DNA of 64,000 nt from assembly GCA_036630325.1 (NCBI GenBank), contig CP142729.1:310001-374000 (forward strand). The letters run 5' to 3'. This DNA comes from Vairimorpha necatrix (taxonomy: Eukaryota). The notes beneath the pieces are model-generated. The model did no database searches. It was given only the letters and a program-made list of their open reading frames with translations, and was not told the origin of the DNA. The position numbers and the translations under genes were made by a program. Every line of letters begins with the position of its first letter. Positions within the stretch are counted from its first letter, which is position 1. Below are positions 32,569 to 43,868 of the stretch, piece by piece.

Positions 32569-33798
32569 GGTTAAGTTCTCGACTTACCCCCCCCCCCCAC
32601 CCCTAAAAAAAATAAAAAAAAATAAAAAAAGGGGGAAATTTAAAAAAATTAAAAAAAGGGGAAAAAATAAAAAAAAATAAAAAAAATAAAAAATTTGACC
32701 CATAATGAGAATTAAAGAATTTAGAAAACTCATCTATAAAAAAAAAATGAGTTAATGCAATTTTTAATTGCAAAAAACATTTTGAGGGTCCCTATGTGCA
32801 ATAAATGCAATATACCAATGACTCAAAATCGGACCAACACTGAAAACTATCGTTGTTATTCAAGACGTGATGGTAAAAAATGTTCTAACAAAGGAACCAT
32901 AATGAAACAAAGCGTTTTTAAGAACTCAAAATTGCCTATTGAGGATCTTTTTATATTGCTTTGCGAATGGGTAAAGGGTTCAAGTAATTTGGCCGCCACG
33001 TTAGAACTTGATATAGGTAAATGTACGGTATCAAGATGGTTTACGCGTTTTAATAACGCCGTGTACGTCTCTTATTCAACATATATAAACAATCAAACGA
33101 TTGGCGGCGTCGGTTGTATTGTTGAAATTGATGAAACTTTACTTGTAAAAAGTAAAAACCATGCGGGAAGGGTTCTTCAATATCAAGTATGGGCAGTTGG
33201 AGGCGTTGTGAGAGGGGATGCAAATTCTTTTTTCTTTGAGATCGTAGAAAATAGAACAAGAGCTACTCTTGTTGAATTAATTACAAGAAAAATTGCTCCG
33301 GGGACCACAATTGTGACAGATTGTTGGCGTGGATATAGTGATATTCAAACAATCTGTGTAGAATATGAGTATCTACATTTGACTGTGAATCACAGCCAAA
33401 ATTTTGTTGATAATATAACTGGTGCGCATACTCAGACTATAGAGGGAATGTGGTCGGTTATTAAAAGAGAACTAAGAAAAGGCGGAACTAGTCATGGTAC
33501 TATTATGAATCTTGTAAGAAAGATTTACATTAACAGATTCAAATTAATATATCGTGAAAATCTATTAGATAAAATGTTAGAATTTTTTCAAATAGGTAAT
33601 TTTAGTATTGTAGCTTATGATATTATTCCTGAAATAGACTTTACAATTGTGGAATAATTTTTTTTGTTTTTTTTGGGGGGTAAGGGGGGGTTAAGTCGAG
33701 AATTAAACGTTTTTTTATTTTTTTTTATTTTTTCCCCTTTTTTTATTTTTTTTTATTTTTTTTAGGGGTGGGGGGGGGGGTAAGTCGAGAACTTAACC
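32569..33798 (+). mobile_element. Merlin/IS1595-like DNA transposon, near-intact
   Basis: Long TIRs starting GGTTAAGTTCTCGACTTACCCC; 8-bp TSD aaattaat at 32561-32568 and 33799-33806; internal second TIR-like copy at ~33676-33708. Confidence 0.95.
32755..33657 (+). CDS. Merlin/ISXO2-type DDE transposase
   Basis: N-terminal CxxC zinc ribbon; VEIDET, TDCWRGY, VNHSQNFVD..TGAHTQTIEGMW. The probable true start at 32705 is one base out of frame across an A10 run. Confidence 0.92.
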   Translation: MQFLIAKNILRVPMCNKCNIPMTQNRTNTENYRCYSRRDGKKCSNKGTIMKQSVFKNSKLPIEDLFILLCEWVKGSSNLAATLELDIGKCTVSRWFTRFNNAVYVSYSTYINNQTIGGVGCIVEIDETLLVKSKNHAGRVLQYQVWAVGGVVRGDANSFFFEIVENRTRATLVELITRKIAPGTTIVTDCWRGYSDIQTICVEYEYLHLTVNHSQNFVDNITGAHTQTIEGMWSVIKRELRKGGTSHGTIMNLVRKIYINRFKLIYRENLLDKMLEFFQIGNFSIVAYDIIPEIDFTIVE

Positions 33799-34570
33799 AA
33801 ATTAATATTGATTAAAGAAAAATGATATAAGCTATTGTCAATGCGTTGTATTATTTGTTTATGATTAATTAAGCTAAATGGTGCATTTTCTCAATATATA
33901 ACATGGAGGCATTATCGATCACCTTTTTTCACACCTACTATTTTAACTTTCTTCTAAGAATTACACGGACATGTGGCGTCCTTTGTGGTCTTCTATGGTA
34001 TTCTTTGTAAAAATTTCTTTGCCATTCTTTAAGCTCGTAATTTTGATGATTTTCTTATACTAAGATTTTATGTTCATAACTATTTTAGAACTTCAATGAG
34101 TAGCCAATAATAAGACAAGATATGTTATAAAGTTTAGATAATAAATACTATTGAAGCTTTTGCATTATATACTATCGTTTTAGATGATACTTATGTATAT
34201 AAGGATAAGCTTCGACGATTTTTTGTTCAAAAAATGAAGTTAGTAGCTGATCTTGAATTTTTTAAGCAACAGTTCAAGATATAGAGCAAATTTAGAAAGA
34301 GATTTAATTTAGGTCATTTTTATAGTATTGGAGTCTATATGATAGTATCACTGAAGTATCATTGGTGTTTTTTTTGCTATATATTCGAATATTATTACAT
34401 TAATTTGTACTTTCAATTAAATTATAATCGTTCTATGGATTTATTGCTTGTTTTAATTTAACTAATGCATTTTGCATGTAACTGCGAAAGATGTTTTAAT
34501 TTTTATATTATTTTATTATAATTGCTATCTGAATTATCAAAAAAGCATTTAATTAATTTTTTAGATTTTA

Positions 34571-34608
34571 TGTTAACCATTTATTTATTAAGGGTTCTAA
34601 ACCCTACA
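34571..34608 (-). repeat. 3' mini-LTR (38 bp)
   Basis: Minus strand TGTAGGGTTTAGAACCCT-TAATAAATAAAT-GGTTAACA; contains the integrase stop codon and AATAAA; preceded by polypurine tract GGAGGGGGGA (34618-34609). Confidence 0.8.
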
Positions 34609-35412
34609 TCCCCCCTCCAGACGGGTAGTCTCTCCATCTTCTAAACAACTCTTCCTTATCTCTTTCAAATCATAATGCCTCTTTTTAACAATTTTACCAT
34701 CCAGTAGTCTCACAATATATGAATCATTTTCACTTATAGCTACGATCCTTCCGCGACCCGTGAATCTTCCCTTGTCTGTTTTCGCACGTGTACCTAAATT
34801 TTCTCTCCTAGCGATTCTTACCTCTTGGCCTACTGTAAATGTCTCTCTGTGTCTTCTCTTGAACCGACCAGCATATTTTCCATTTTCATCATTTTCAATT
34901 ATAACTTCAGCAGTTTGATCTCTCCACGCTTCCATCGGCGTACATTTTATTGCTGTATGTAGTGTATTATTATATCCTTTGATTGCTCTTTCTATCTTTT
35001 CAGAAATATTCCCATCATTTTGCTTTATCAATGTCTCTCTTATAGTTCTGATGCATCTCTCGATTCTACCATTACTCCTATGAGCTTCTAAGCCCACTTT
35101 CCTATGTTTAATATCATTAATACTACACCATTCTTTAAATCTATTACTTACAAACTCTTTTCCGTTGTCTGTCACATATTCCTCTGGAAATCCATCTTCC
35201 CTTATCCACTTTTGTAATACCTCTATAACTTCACTACTCTCTTTACATCTCAAATTCGAACCCCACAACCTTCTAGTAAAGTAATCAATACCCAGTAACA
35301 CATACCTATTCTCTCCACCTATGTCCATTAAATCCAACGCCACTTTCTCCAATTTCTTTCTAGTTACTACGAAATCACATCCTCCTGTGTTTTTCCTATT
35401 GTAATCCCACAT
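34597..35412 (-). CDS. gypsy integrase (rve), frameshifted from the RT ORF
   Basis: VALDLMD, IDYFTR, TDNGKEF, SNGRIERCIRT, YNNT.HTAI..TP. The HHCC zinc finger ends the upstream ORF, implying a 1-bp indel near 35405. Confidence 0.88.
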   Translation of the reverse strand: MWDYNRKNTGGCDFVVTRKKLEKVALDLMDIGGENRYVLLGIDYFTRRLWGSNLRCKESSEVIEVLQKWIREDGFPEEYVTDNGKEFVSNRFKEWCSINDIKHRKVGLEAHRSNGRIERCIRTIRETLIKQNDGNISEKIERAIKGYNNTLHTAIKCTPMEAWRDQTAEVIIENDENGKYAGRFKRRHRETFTVGQEVRIARRENLGTRAKTDKGRFTGRGRIVAISENDSYIVRLLDGKIVKKRHYDLKEIRKSCLEDGETTRLEGGCRV

Positions 35413-37142
35413 ATTTCACAATTCTTAATTACCTTATTAATATGATCTTTCGTACCAGGCCAATACCATCTTTGTTTAATGTTATAATAAGTGCCTTTGA
35501 CCCCTCTATGGTTTAACTCCTCATGTACTCTTGTTATTTCATGTTCTCTACTATCTAGGCTCAATATCTCTTTCACCTCACCTGTGGGAAATTCCCAATA
35601 CTGTTTACCGTCCTTTTCTTTAATATGTTTCTGCTTTTTTCCCAAAATTTGTTTTTCGATCACTTCTTTTCTCTTGTTGTCCTTTTCTTTTTGTTCATCC
35701 GAAACTTCTACCTGATCATACTGCCTACTTAACGCATCCGCATCTGTCATCAACTCCCCTTTCACATACTCTATTGTAAAGTCAAACTCTTGTATCTGTT
35801 CTACCCATCTGTTTATTCTGTTATTATTGAAGTATGGCTTATTTCTGATCTCTGCTAATGCTTTATGATCCGTCATCAAATGAAATTTCCTTCCTCTCAA
35901 ATCACTTTCAAACTTCTTTATTCCAAAAAACACCGCCAACATCTCCTTCTCACTTATCGTATATCTTCGCTCGGTAGGAGTCAACATTTTCGATGCCCAT
36001 TGTATCGGAATCCACTCACCCTCTTTATTTTCTTGTAATAGAATTGCTCCGATTCCCGTATCACACGCATCAGTTCTTACTCTAAATAGCTTTTTTCCGT
36101 CCGGAATCTTCAACTTTTTCATATCTCTCAAGCCTTGCTTCATATCCTCAAAAGCTCTTTCCATATCCTCCGTCCAATTCCACTTAACATCTTTCTTTAA
36201 AGCCTCAGTAAGCCTTACTGTTCTATACGCATAGTTGGGAATAAAGTCTCTAAACCAACCAGTTAGTCCTAAAAATCTTCTTAACTCTCTAACATTCTCA
36301 GGTTTTCTATATTCCAATGTCTCCTGCTTTTTAATCTCATTCGGTCCCATGACCTCCCCATTAATTGTTACTCCCAGCAACATCACCTCATCTTTTTTGT
36401 ATTGTATCTTTGTTTGGTTTATTCTCAACCCACACTCTTTAAACTTTTTAATTACCCTCTCTAGTAACTCGTCATGCACTCTTACGTCTTTACCATGAAT
36501 AACTATATCATCCATATATACTTCCACGCCTTTACCTCTGAATTCATCTAAAACTCTGTTCATTACTCTCTGCATTATATGAGGCGAATTCTTAAACCCC
36601 ATAACCATACTATTCCATTCGTATACTCGACCATTCACTTCAAATGCTGTTTTGTGCTTATGGTGCTCCTCAATCTCAATATGATAAAACCCTTCTTTTA
36701 AATCGATAACCGTAAATACTTTTGACCCCTGTGTGGCTCTCATAATATCCTTAATTAACGGTAGTGAGTACGGGTCCTTGTCAACCAAATCGTTTAACGC
36801 CATCAAATTGCTTACCAATCTTACGTCCCCATTTGGTTTTTCAAGTGCTCTTATTGGACTCCTCCACTCACTTTTGGAACGTCTTATAACCCCTCTATTT
36901 TCCAACTTATTCAAGTACTCCTCAAATTTCACCCTAAGGTAGTATGGCACATTCTGCCCTCTTTTCACAACCTTTTCACCTTGCTTAGTATTTATTGGAC
37001 ACTTCTCTCCTGTGAGATATTTTATCTTTTCTTCTGATTCTTTAAAAACTTCCGGATACTTTTCAATTAAATTTTCTAACTTATTTACTGTTTTACATCT
37101 TTTCCCTTCATTGTTGATAATTGGTTCTTTCTGTAAAACTTG
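35367..37142 (-). CDS. gypsy reverse transcriptase-RNase H (plus integrase zinc finger)
   Basis: DLKEGFYH, MGFKNSP, YMDDI, FLGLTGWFR, TDAC, EKEMLAV, TDHKAL, DALSR. The frame is open from 37142, directly after the gag stop. Confidence 0.92.
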   Translation of the reverse strand, partial: QVLQKEPIINNEGKRCKTVNKLENLIEKYPEVFKESEEKIKYLTGEKCPINTKQGEKVVKRGQNVPYYLRVKFEEYLNKLENRGVIRRSKSEWRSPIRALEKPNGDVRLVSNLMALNDLVDKDPYSLPLIKDIMRATQGSKVFTVIDLKEGFYHIEIEEHHKHKTAFEVNGRVYEWNSMVMGFKNSPHIMQRVMNRVLDEFRGKGVEVYMDDIVIHGKDVRVHDELLERVIKKFKECGLRINQTKIQYKKDEVMLLGVTINGEVMGPNEIKKQETLEYRKPENVRELRRFLGLTGWFRDFIPNYAYRTVRLTEALKKDVKWNWTEDMERAFEDMKQGLRDMKKLKIPDGKKLFRVRTDACDTGIGAILLQENKEGEWIPIQWASKMLTPTERRYTISEKEMLAVFFGIKKFESDLRGRKFHLMTDHKALAEIRNKPYFNNNRINRWVEQIQEFDFTIEYVKGELMTDADALSRQYDQVEVSDEQKEKDNKRKEVIEKQILGKKQKHIKEKDGKQYWEFPTGEVKEILSLDSREHEITRVHEELNHRGVKGTYYNIKQRWYWPGTKDHINKVIKNCEICGITIGKTQEDVIS

Positions 37143-37598
37143 TTACTTTTTAATTTTATATTTTTCCCTACCAGCTACACTTTCATGACATTCTCTAGCG
37201 TAATGCCCTTCTTTCTTACATATAAAACATTTTGTAGTTTCTCTGATTTCTCTTCTTTTCCTATACATCCTAAGATTTTCTTTTCTTTCTTCCCTAAACT
37301 CTTTCAACACTTTATCCATAATCTCTTTAATCATTTCTTGTCTTTCTTCTGACTCTCTCTCAAATTCTGCTCCTTTTTGTAAGCCTTTATAAATTTCCTC
37401 CCAACTGCTCCTTCCGTCACAAAAATTTTCAAAAATATAATCCTGCAAGTTCGCAGATGCCAAATCCATAACATCTTTCCACTCAACTTTCAATATTAAC
37501 TTTAGTCTCTTATCTATCCTAATTGCCTCTTTCTCTAATGTTCTAGCCTCTTGACTACGGGACTCTCTTGTTTCCCTGTTCATCCTTGTGTTCGCCAT
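37143..37598 (-). CDS. minimal gag-like protein with CCHC zinc knuckle
   Basis: CFICKKEGHYAREC = CX2CX4HX4C; 151 aa; the A of the ATG is the last base of the 5' repeat. Confidence 0.8.
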   Translation of the reverse strand: MANTRMNRETRESRSQEARTLEKEAIRIDKRLKLILKVEWKDVMDLASANLQDYIFENFCDGRSSWEEIYKGLQKGAEFERESEERQEMIKEIMDKVLKEFREERKENLRMYRKRREIRETTKCFICKKEGHYARECHESVAGREKYKIKK

Positions 37599-37634
37599 GT
37601 TAACCCTTTTTTTTTGAGGGTTCTAAACCCTACA
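37598..37634 (-). repeat. 5' mini-LTR (37 bp)
   Basis: Minus strand TGTAGGGTTTAGAACCCT-CAAAAAAAAAG-GGTTAACA, followed immediately by TGGCGAACAC (PBS-like). Confidence 0.8.
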
Positions 37635-38737
37635 TTAAATATTAGAAAAAATAATTTTCATGTATAAATATGGATCTCACGTACTTAAAATCTTCCTTTA
37701 ATGAATATTTTAGAATAATTTTTTTGTTGAACTTCTGCTATATTATTTAAGTGACAAAGTAAGTTAAAATTACAGTACAGCATTTATATATCTACCCTAT
37801 GTTTTTATATGATAAATACTTTGTAATCTTCTCCTTTTTATAACATTTTTGCAATGCAAAAATTTGAATCTTGATGTCAAATATTAGAAAATTTAATCTT
37901 ACTTGGTCTTTTAAAAACTTACAGTTTTGATAAATAAATTATCTACATAAAAATTTTAGTTTTTATCGAATATTGATAACACATGACAAATAACAAATAC
38001 AAATATAAATTACTGTTGATGTTTACAGAGCACATCTTGCTAGTTAAGATGGGATCACATAATTATTAATGGAATGAATCATACAATGAAACTTTTTTTG
38101 TTTGAGTTTTTTGGTGTCACATTATTTGATTATCATACTAACAAACTTGAACAAAATATTTATAGAATATAAAAAATCATTAAGCCACTTTAAAGCTATT
38201 TTTGAAAATTTATATTAGATGACAGACAATGCACGTTAGATTACACACATATCTATTTAAAAAGAAAACTATCATAGTTCGCTATGTTTTAAGTTCTAAA
38301 CAAGAATTCAATATCGTTATATATTTATTTTAAAATACTCAATGGAACTGGACATGATTTTAATAACAACCAATAGTTTTTATTTTTAAAGAAGATTTCT
38401 CCTACTATACTCTTTTTTTAGAATAAATATGAGCAGATAACTTAGCTACTTTTTCTAGGCATATAAAACATAGAAAAGCCGATTGCACAGTTATTGTAGT
38501 TATAATTTGATTTTTTATTTAGAAAATTAGCAATAATATATTGTCGTATCCTAAAGACCACTTAAGCAACCATCATCTCGTTTCAGAATCCCTCACAATG
38601 TGTACACAAAAATCTAAATAATATTTTGAACAATGTTTCCAGTTAAATATTTTAAGAAAACGTTTATACAAATAAATGCATCTTCATTCAGACTCATCTA
38701 CTGTTTTCAATATTAATATTTTAAAAAAAAAATACCC

Positions 38738-39760
38738 ATGTTTGTAAAAATTATATTTTTTATATTAAGAATTACTGCTAATGAGGAAAATATGATATTT
38801 TCATTTAGAAATGGGGACTATAACGATATATTTATAGGATTAAATAGCAACATACCAACATCTGGATATTATTTTTTCAAAATTTTTGTATCTTGCACAT
38901 ATAGTAATTTGCTGTGTGAAGACAAAACATCAATAGATTCTCCTTTCGATACATATGATTTTATTAAGTGCAAATATGATGACGAGTTGAAAACATTTTT
39001 AGACAAAGCATTTTCCCACGATAATATCGACAAAATGAATTTTATTAGATGTAAAATGTTTTTAAAGGCTAAAATCAAACTTCAATCTTTTAGAACATAT
39101 TTTATAACCAGTGTATTCTCGTTATATGGAAAAAACATAAATCAAGTATGTAATTCTAAAGTTAATTATTTAGATAATAACACTAGTCTTAATTATATAA
39201 AACTATATCTAAACAATACAAATTATGATGAATTGAAAAAAATCGTGCCAGAAAATACTGAGCTGTTTGTCGTTGAACAAATACGTAAGCATAAATGTTT
39301 AATTCAGGATTATATTCAAAGCAGAAGAGTTGATTTAACAAGTTTAAGCAATGATTTTAATCAGAATAACAACGTAAAATTTTGCGTTATAGATAACAAT
39401 AAAAATGTAGAAAAAAACTATAGCAGTACAAATTTTAATATAATTGATGAAAAGGGCATCGTTTTAGACGTGGGAGAGGATAAACAATTTATAGATAAAG
39501 ACTATATAAGTACAGACACTAATGGTATAAAACATAAATTTATTGAAATGAACACTGAGAATGAAAATAATATGTGTAACACAAATAAAAAACGAACACT
39601 TCATGTAACTTTTGGTGAAGATGAAGTGGTTACATTAAAAACTCCTAGTAAACAAAAATTTTGCAGTAAATTCTGCAAAACAACCAAGCAAAAAATTGTG
39701 TGTGTCTCAGTTTTATATTTAATTTCCCTCATAATATTTCTATATTATCTATTTAAATAA
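38738..39760 (+). CDS. lineage-specific signal-peptide protein with C-terminal TM helix
   Basis: ccc-ATG; MFVKIIFFILRITA; terminal IVCVSVLYLISLIIFLYYLF; paralog of 43869..44441. Confidence 0.8.
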   Translation: MFVKIIFFILRITANEENMIFSFRNGDYNDIFIGLNSNIPTSGYYFFKIFVSCTYSNLLCEDKTSIDSPFDTYDFIKCKYDDELKTFLDKAFSHDNIDKMNFIRCKMFLKAKIKLQSFRTYFITSVFSLYGKNINQVCNSKVNYLDNNTSLNYIKLYLNNTNYDELKKIVPENTELFVVEQIRKHKCLIQDYIQSRRVDLTSLSNDFNQNNNVKFCVIDNNKNVEKNYSSTNFNIIDEKGIVLDVGEDKQFIDKDYISTDTNGIKHKFIEMNTENENNMCNTNKKRTLHVTFGEDEVVTLKTPSKQKFCSKFCKTTKQKIVCVSVLYLISLIIFLYYLFK

Positions 39761-40407
39761 AATCTTAATCAATACTCGAGGTTAAATAAGTTTTTTCGGT
39801 TTACAACATTGGTTTGCTTTTTTATAATTTGTAAATGGTTTAAACATGCTTGTTTACAATCATTCGCATGTCTATTTTTGATTTTTTACATTATTAACAA
39901 TTAGAAGTAATATTTTAAAATAAAAATGCATAAAATTTGAAAAAAAACATGTCATTATAATACGACGTATTTTATCAACACGCGTGTTGCTAAGTTGGTC
40001 TCAAGACAATAGTTTGTGGGCTTCTTTAGAGGATAGTGTTTTATTAATTATTTGTTAATTACTCAATGTCTCCCTTTTAAGGCATTTTGCATAATACTTT
40101 TCATAACGTTTCCCTACAAAATGATGCTTTGGGGGCTGGAACAATAAATAGAACAAAAGTTGTATTAGTATGCGTAGAACACATATTTGTAACATTTTTG
40201 TTTGATTTTCAAAATTTGTCAAATATCTCATTCGTTATAAATAATGCAGAATTCATTTTGTCTGTGATCCTGTGTTCAACTAATATTTCCAGCACGACAC
40301 TTTTTTATAAAACACGCCAAATAAAAAGGAAGAACTATATTCGTGGGTTGACGTATTACTGTAAAACTTGAGCATACATCATTTGTTCATCGACTTTTAA
40401 AAATTTT

Positions 40408-41524
40408 GGCGCTACAAGGAAAATCGCCCTCCTTTAAAAAAAAATTTACCTAATATTTATTGAATAACTAAACATTATTGTTTGTGTAAAACAAAGGCAT
40501 AAGGAATCGAATATTTTTTTCTATATTGACAATCTTTTTACACCAAGAAAATTTTTTATTAAAATTTAGCGATAAGATCATGATTTAATCCACTTCGTTT
40601 TCTATAATTATGCTATGAGTGAGACCAGAAATTTTAAATTTGATTTGATTGTCTACCTCGCTGCTTACAATTCTATTGCAATAATTTACTCTTTAATGCT
40701 CAGATCCAAATAGCCGTGACTTTAGAATATGATGAATATCTATCAGTTACAATGATAGTTTTAGGAAGTAAATGTTTTTTAACTCTTGTAATAAAGTTAT
40801 ATGTTTTCTGTTAGAAATTACTGTAACAAAAAATTTCGGTCCATCCCCTTTTACAAATACCCCAAGTAACTATTGTATATTAGGAGTATCGTCGTATAAA
40901 GACAACAGAATAATAATCACTAAGCCATTGCGTATGGCCGTTTTATCGACTTGTACCATTATATTTTCTCCCTCTATATTTCTATTTCTTAATGAGTCTC
41001 GCTTATGGTATCCATTAATATATTTTTGTATTAAATGTATCTTGACTCGGTTATTTTGCAAAAATTTAGCTTGATAGTTCGTGTAAGAAATGACCCGACA
41101 ATATAAATACCTTATAATTTTTTTTAATTCGATGGTCATTTAAATATAATTTCGTGCTTTTTAAACACATTTTTTTTTACAATTTTACGTTACATTTATT
41201 CGGTTTTCCATCAATGAAGGATGAAACTCTAGCAATTATCATGTTTCAATGTGCTTACTTTGAAACAAATGTATGGTAGGCGTTATTACACTTAATTCTT
41301 CCCGAATGTAAAAAAGAGAACATTATTTTGAAACATAGAATTCCAAAGATCAATTTTTTTTTCTTTTCCAAAATTCCTGCTAGTATGAAGGGTAAGAAAA
41401 GGGGAAGGGGCCATAGCTTGGAAGATCGCCCCTCCTACTTATAAAAAGAATAAACAAAAAAGTTTAAAATGGGAGATTTTTTGATACGCTTTGGAGGAGG
41501 GGAGGGCAGGTTTCCTAGTAGCCC
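40408..41524 (-). mobile_element. degenerate Merlin-type DNA transposon
   Basis: Imperfect TIRs (ggcgctacaaggaaaatcgccctcc / reverse complement gggctactaggaaacctgccctcc); remnant VQVDKTAIRNG corresponds to the VEIDET motif; many stops. Confidence 0.7.
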
Positions 41525-43704
41525 AATTATCTTATGTGCTTATAGTGTCTTTTTACGATTTGAGAATATGGTTGAATTTAATTTATCTTAAGCAAGCCGA
41601 AATGACATTCAAGATTTAAGGCAAAATAAGTACTCGTAGGTTTTTAATCTTCTTTTAAATTGATCTTGGTTTTTTCTCGTGCAATATGTAAATTTTTACT
41701 TATGATTCTAAAAATTTACTATATTTATGATTGATTATTGACACAATACATGTTTACATATAATTAAAAATAATGATATTTAAGTATATTGATTTTTATT
41801 GAAAGAATATTGACTTTTTCGTGAAATCTATTAAATGTTACAGGCCATCGACAATATTGCGCAAATTATCTTTTTGCACATACATAAAAATTAATTTAAG
41901 TTGACATTTTAAATAAAAAGCAACAACATTGTTAATTACATTATAAAATTTGACTTACTTTAATTTTTCTGTCGATCTATGCGAATCTTTGACAAAAATT
42001 ATCATTTAAGAAAAAAAATAAAACATTTACGATTATAGAGGGTAAAAGTGGCCAATTTAGGTTTTTTTGTTTTTCATTCTAGTTATCTAATTTATCGTAA
42101 CAAACTTTTAATGATAATTTCTTATTGTTTAATTAAAAAAATATATTTATAAATTGTTAAAACATTATTTATCCGCAAAAAATAATAGCTTCAAGTATCT
42201 GCGATGTAATATTGCAAAATCCATGATTTTGGCATATTATAACAATGTAAATTAGCTTGATGCAATTTTGGTTTTTGATGTTAATACTCAAAACATTCAT
42301 TATTGTTAAGACTGAAAATACATCGAAAATGGTGTTCTTTTTTAAAATAAGGATTATTTGAGCAAATATTGTATGTTTTTTTTAAACATAAAAATTATCA
42401 AAATTTTTTAGCATAATTTATATGCGATTTTAAAAACACAATCGATTTCTAGACATAAAAAACCAAAACATAACTTTTATCTGAAATATTTAATTAATTT
42501 AAACTTTTTTGTAAGCATACATTCAATTTATAAATGAAGAAAATTTAATATATGTTTCGAGATCCGAAAAAGATAGGCGTGATGATAGATGTGAGTGCAA
42601 AGCCTAAACGTACTGGTTAATAAAAGCTGCGCGCAACTAGAGAGTCTTTATAATTTAGAGTTTAATAGATTTAATCACTTCATAGTACTAACTATGATAA
42701 ATTGACTCACACGAAATATAAGAGAACGTGGTAAAACATTATCTATAATCTTTTTGAACTAATATATTGGGTTCTTTCATAAAAACATCTCTTAAGATAT
42801 AAAAAAATTCTGAAAGCATACAGATAGCTGTAATATATCATTATGGCCTTGTCGTCGGCGTAAATATTTCCATCATCTATAACAACAAATAACTTTAGAG
42901 TAGAGTTGATAGATCTTTAGTGTCAAAAACTATTAGGTTATTTGATATTAAAATCCTTCAATAATATCAACAATGACTTTTATTGAAAACAACAATATAA
43001 AAAGACTTTTTCTGAGGTCAGAAATAATTTTTTACTAATTAAAAATTCTCAAACGTATAAATAAAATGCGACGGACTTATAAAGACCCCCAACATTAAAA
43101 AAAATTATAGAAACAAAAAAAAAGATAGTGAACGATATTTTTGAAATATTTTTTATTTTTAACATTTTAAGGTGGAAATATACAAACATATCGGGGAATG
43201 CACCATTATAGTAAATTTTGCACTTATTAATCATTTATAAAAAATCCTTTTTTATTTTTCAGGTATTCGTATAGTTTTCTTCAATATTCATTCTCTTTTC
43301 AAATAGTTTTCTAAGCTTGCCTTTTGATTATTTTAATCTTTACAACCCCAGTACTCGTGGTTCATGTGTTTTTGTTTTAACAGAAGCAATTTAAACGAAA
43401 TTGTATCGCATTTTTTCTTATGCAATCTTGTTTTTAGTATTTTCAGGCCACGATTATAATATGATCGAAGTTTTTGTATTATTTTACCGCAAAATGTTGA
43501 TCTTGAATTTTTTAAAAATAAAAACCTTAAAATTTTTCAGACAAGAAAAATAAAATAATATTTCGATCGCAAAAGGTATTTTATGGCCATAGAAATGTTG
43601 TAAGTTAAGTACGGTTACTGTGGCAGTAGATCTTTAAGAAAAGTATAACAAGCAAAAGCTTTTTACAATAAAATAAAAATTACATAGTAGAGTCTCTGTG
43701 GCTA

Positions 43705-43707
<3 letters not shown>

Positions 43708-43739
<32 letters not shown>
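43708..43739. repeat. (AT)16 microsatellite
   Basis: Uninterrupted AT dinucleotide run. Confidence 0.95.
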
Positions 43740-43742
<3 letters not shown>

Positions 43743-43868
43743 AGTTTTGTGTTTGCTTTTTATATATTTTCATTATAGATCTTATACGTAAAAAATGATT
43801 TTAAATTGCAAAAATATTTTCTTGAACAAAATCTTTCAATTTTATAATTTTTTTGTAGCTGCTTACCC

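Larger units (their letters stand above)
34571..37634 (-). mobile_element. Ty3/gypsy retrotransposon, 3064 bp, with ultra-short terminal direct repeats
   Basis: gag-RT-RNaseH-integrase order; 37/38-bp TG...CA repeats at both ends; TGG PBS-like sequence after the 5' repeat; purine tract before the 3' repeat. Confidence 0.9.

Noticed and set aside
32569-33798. Bacterial IS1595 contamination
   Set aside because: Embedded in microsporidian-type DNA with a TSD and a host-type CCC start motif; Merlin is the established eukaryotic relative
34591-34605. AGGGTT/AACCCT in the mini-LTR as telomeric repeats
   Set aside because: Single hexamers forming a hairpin, not tandem arrays
42540-43100. Possible further Merlin relic (KKIG..., HTDS... 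fragments)
   Set aside because: Too degraded; no TIRs or convincing motif chain found
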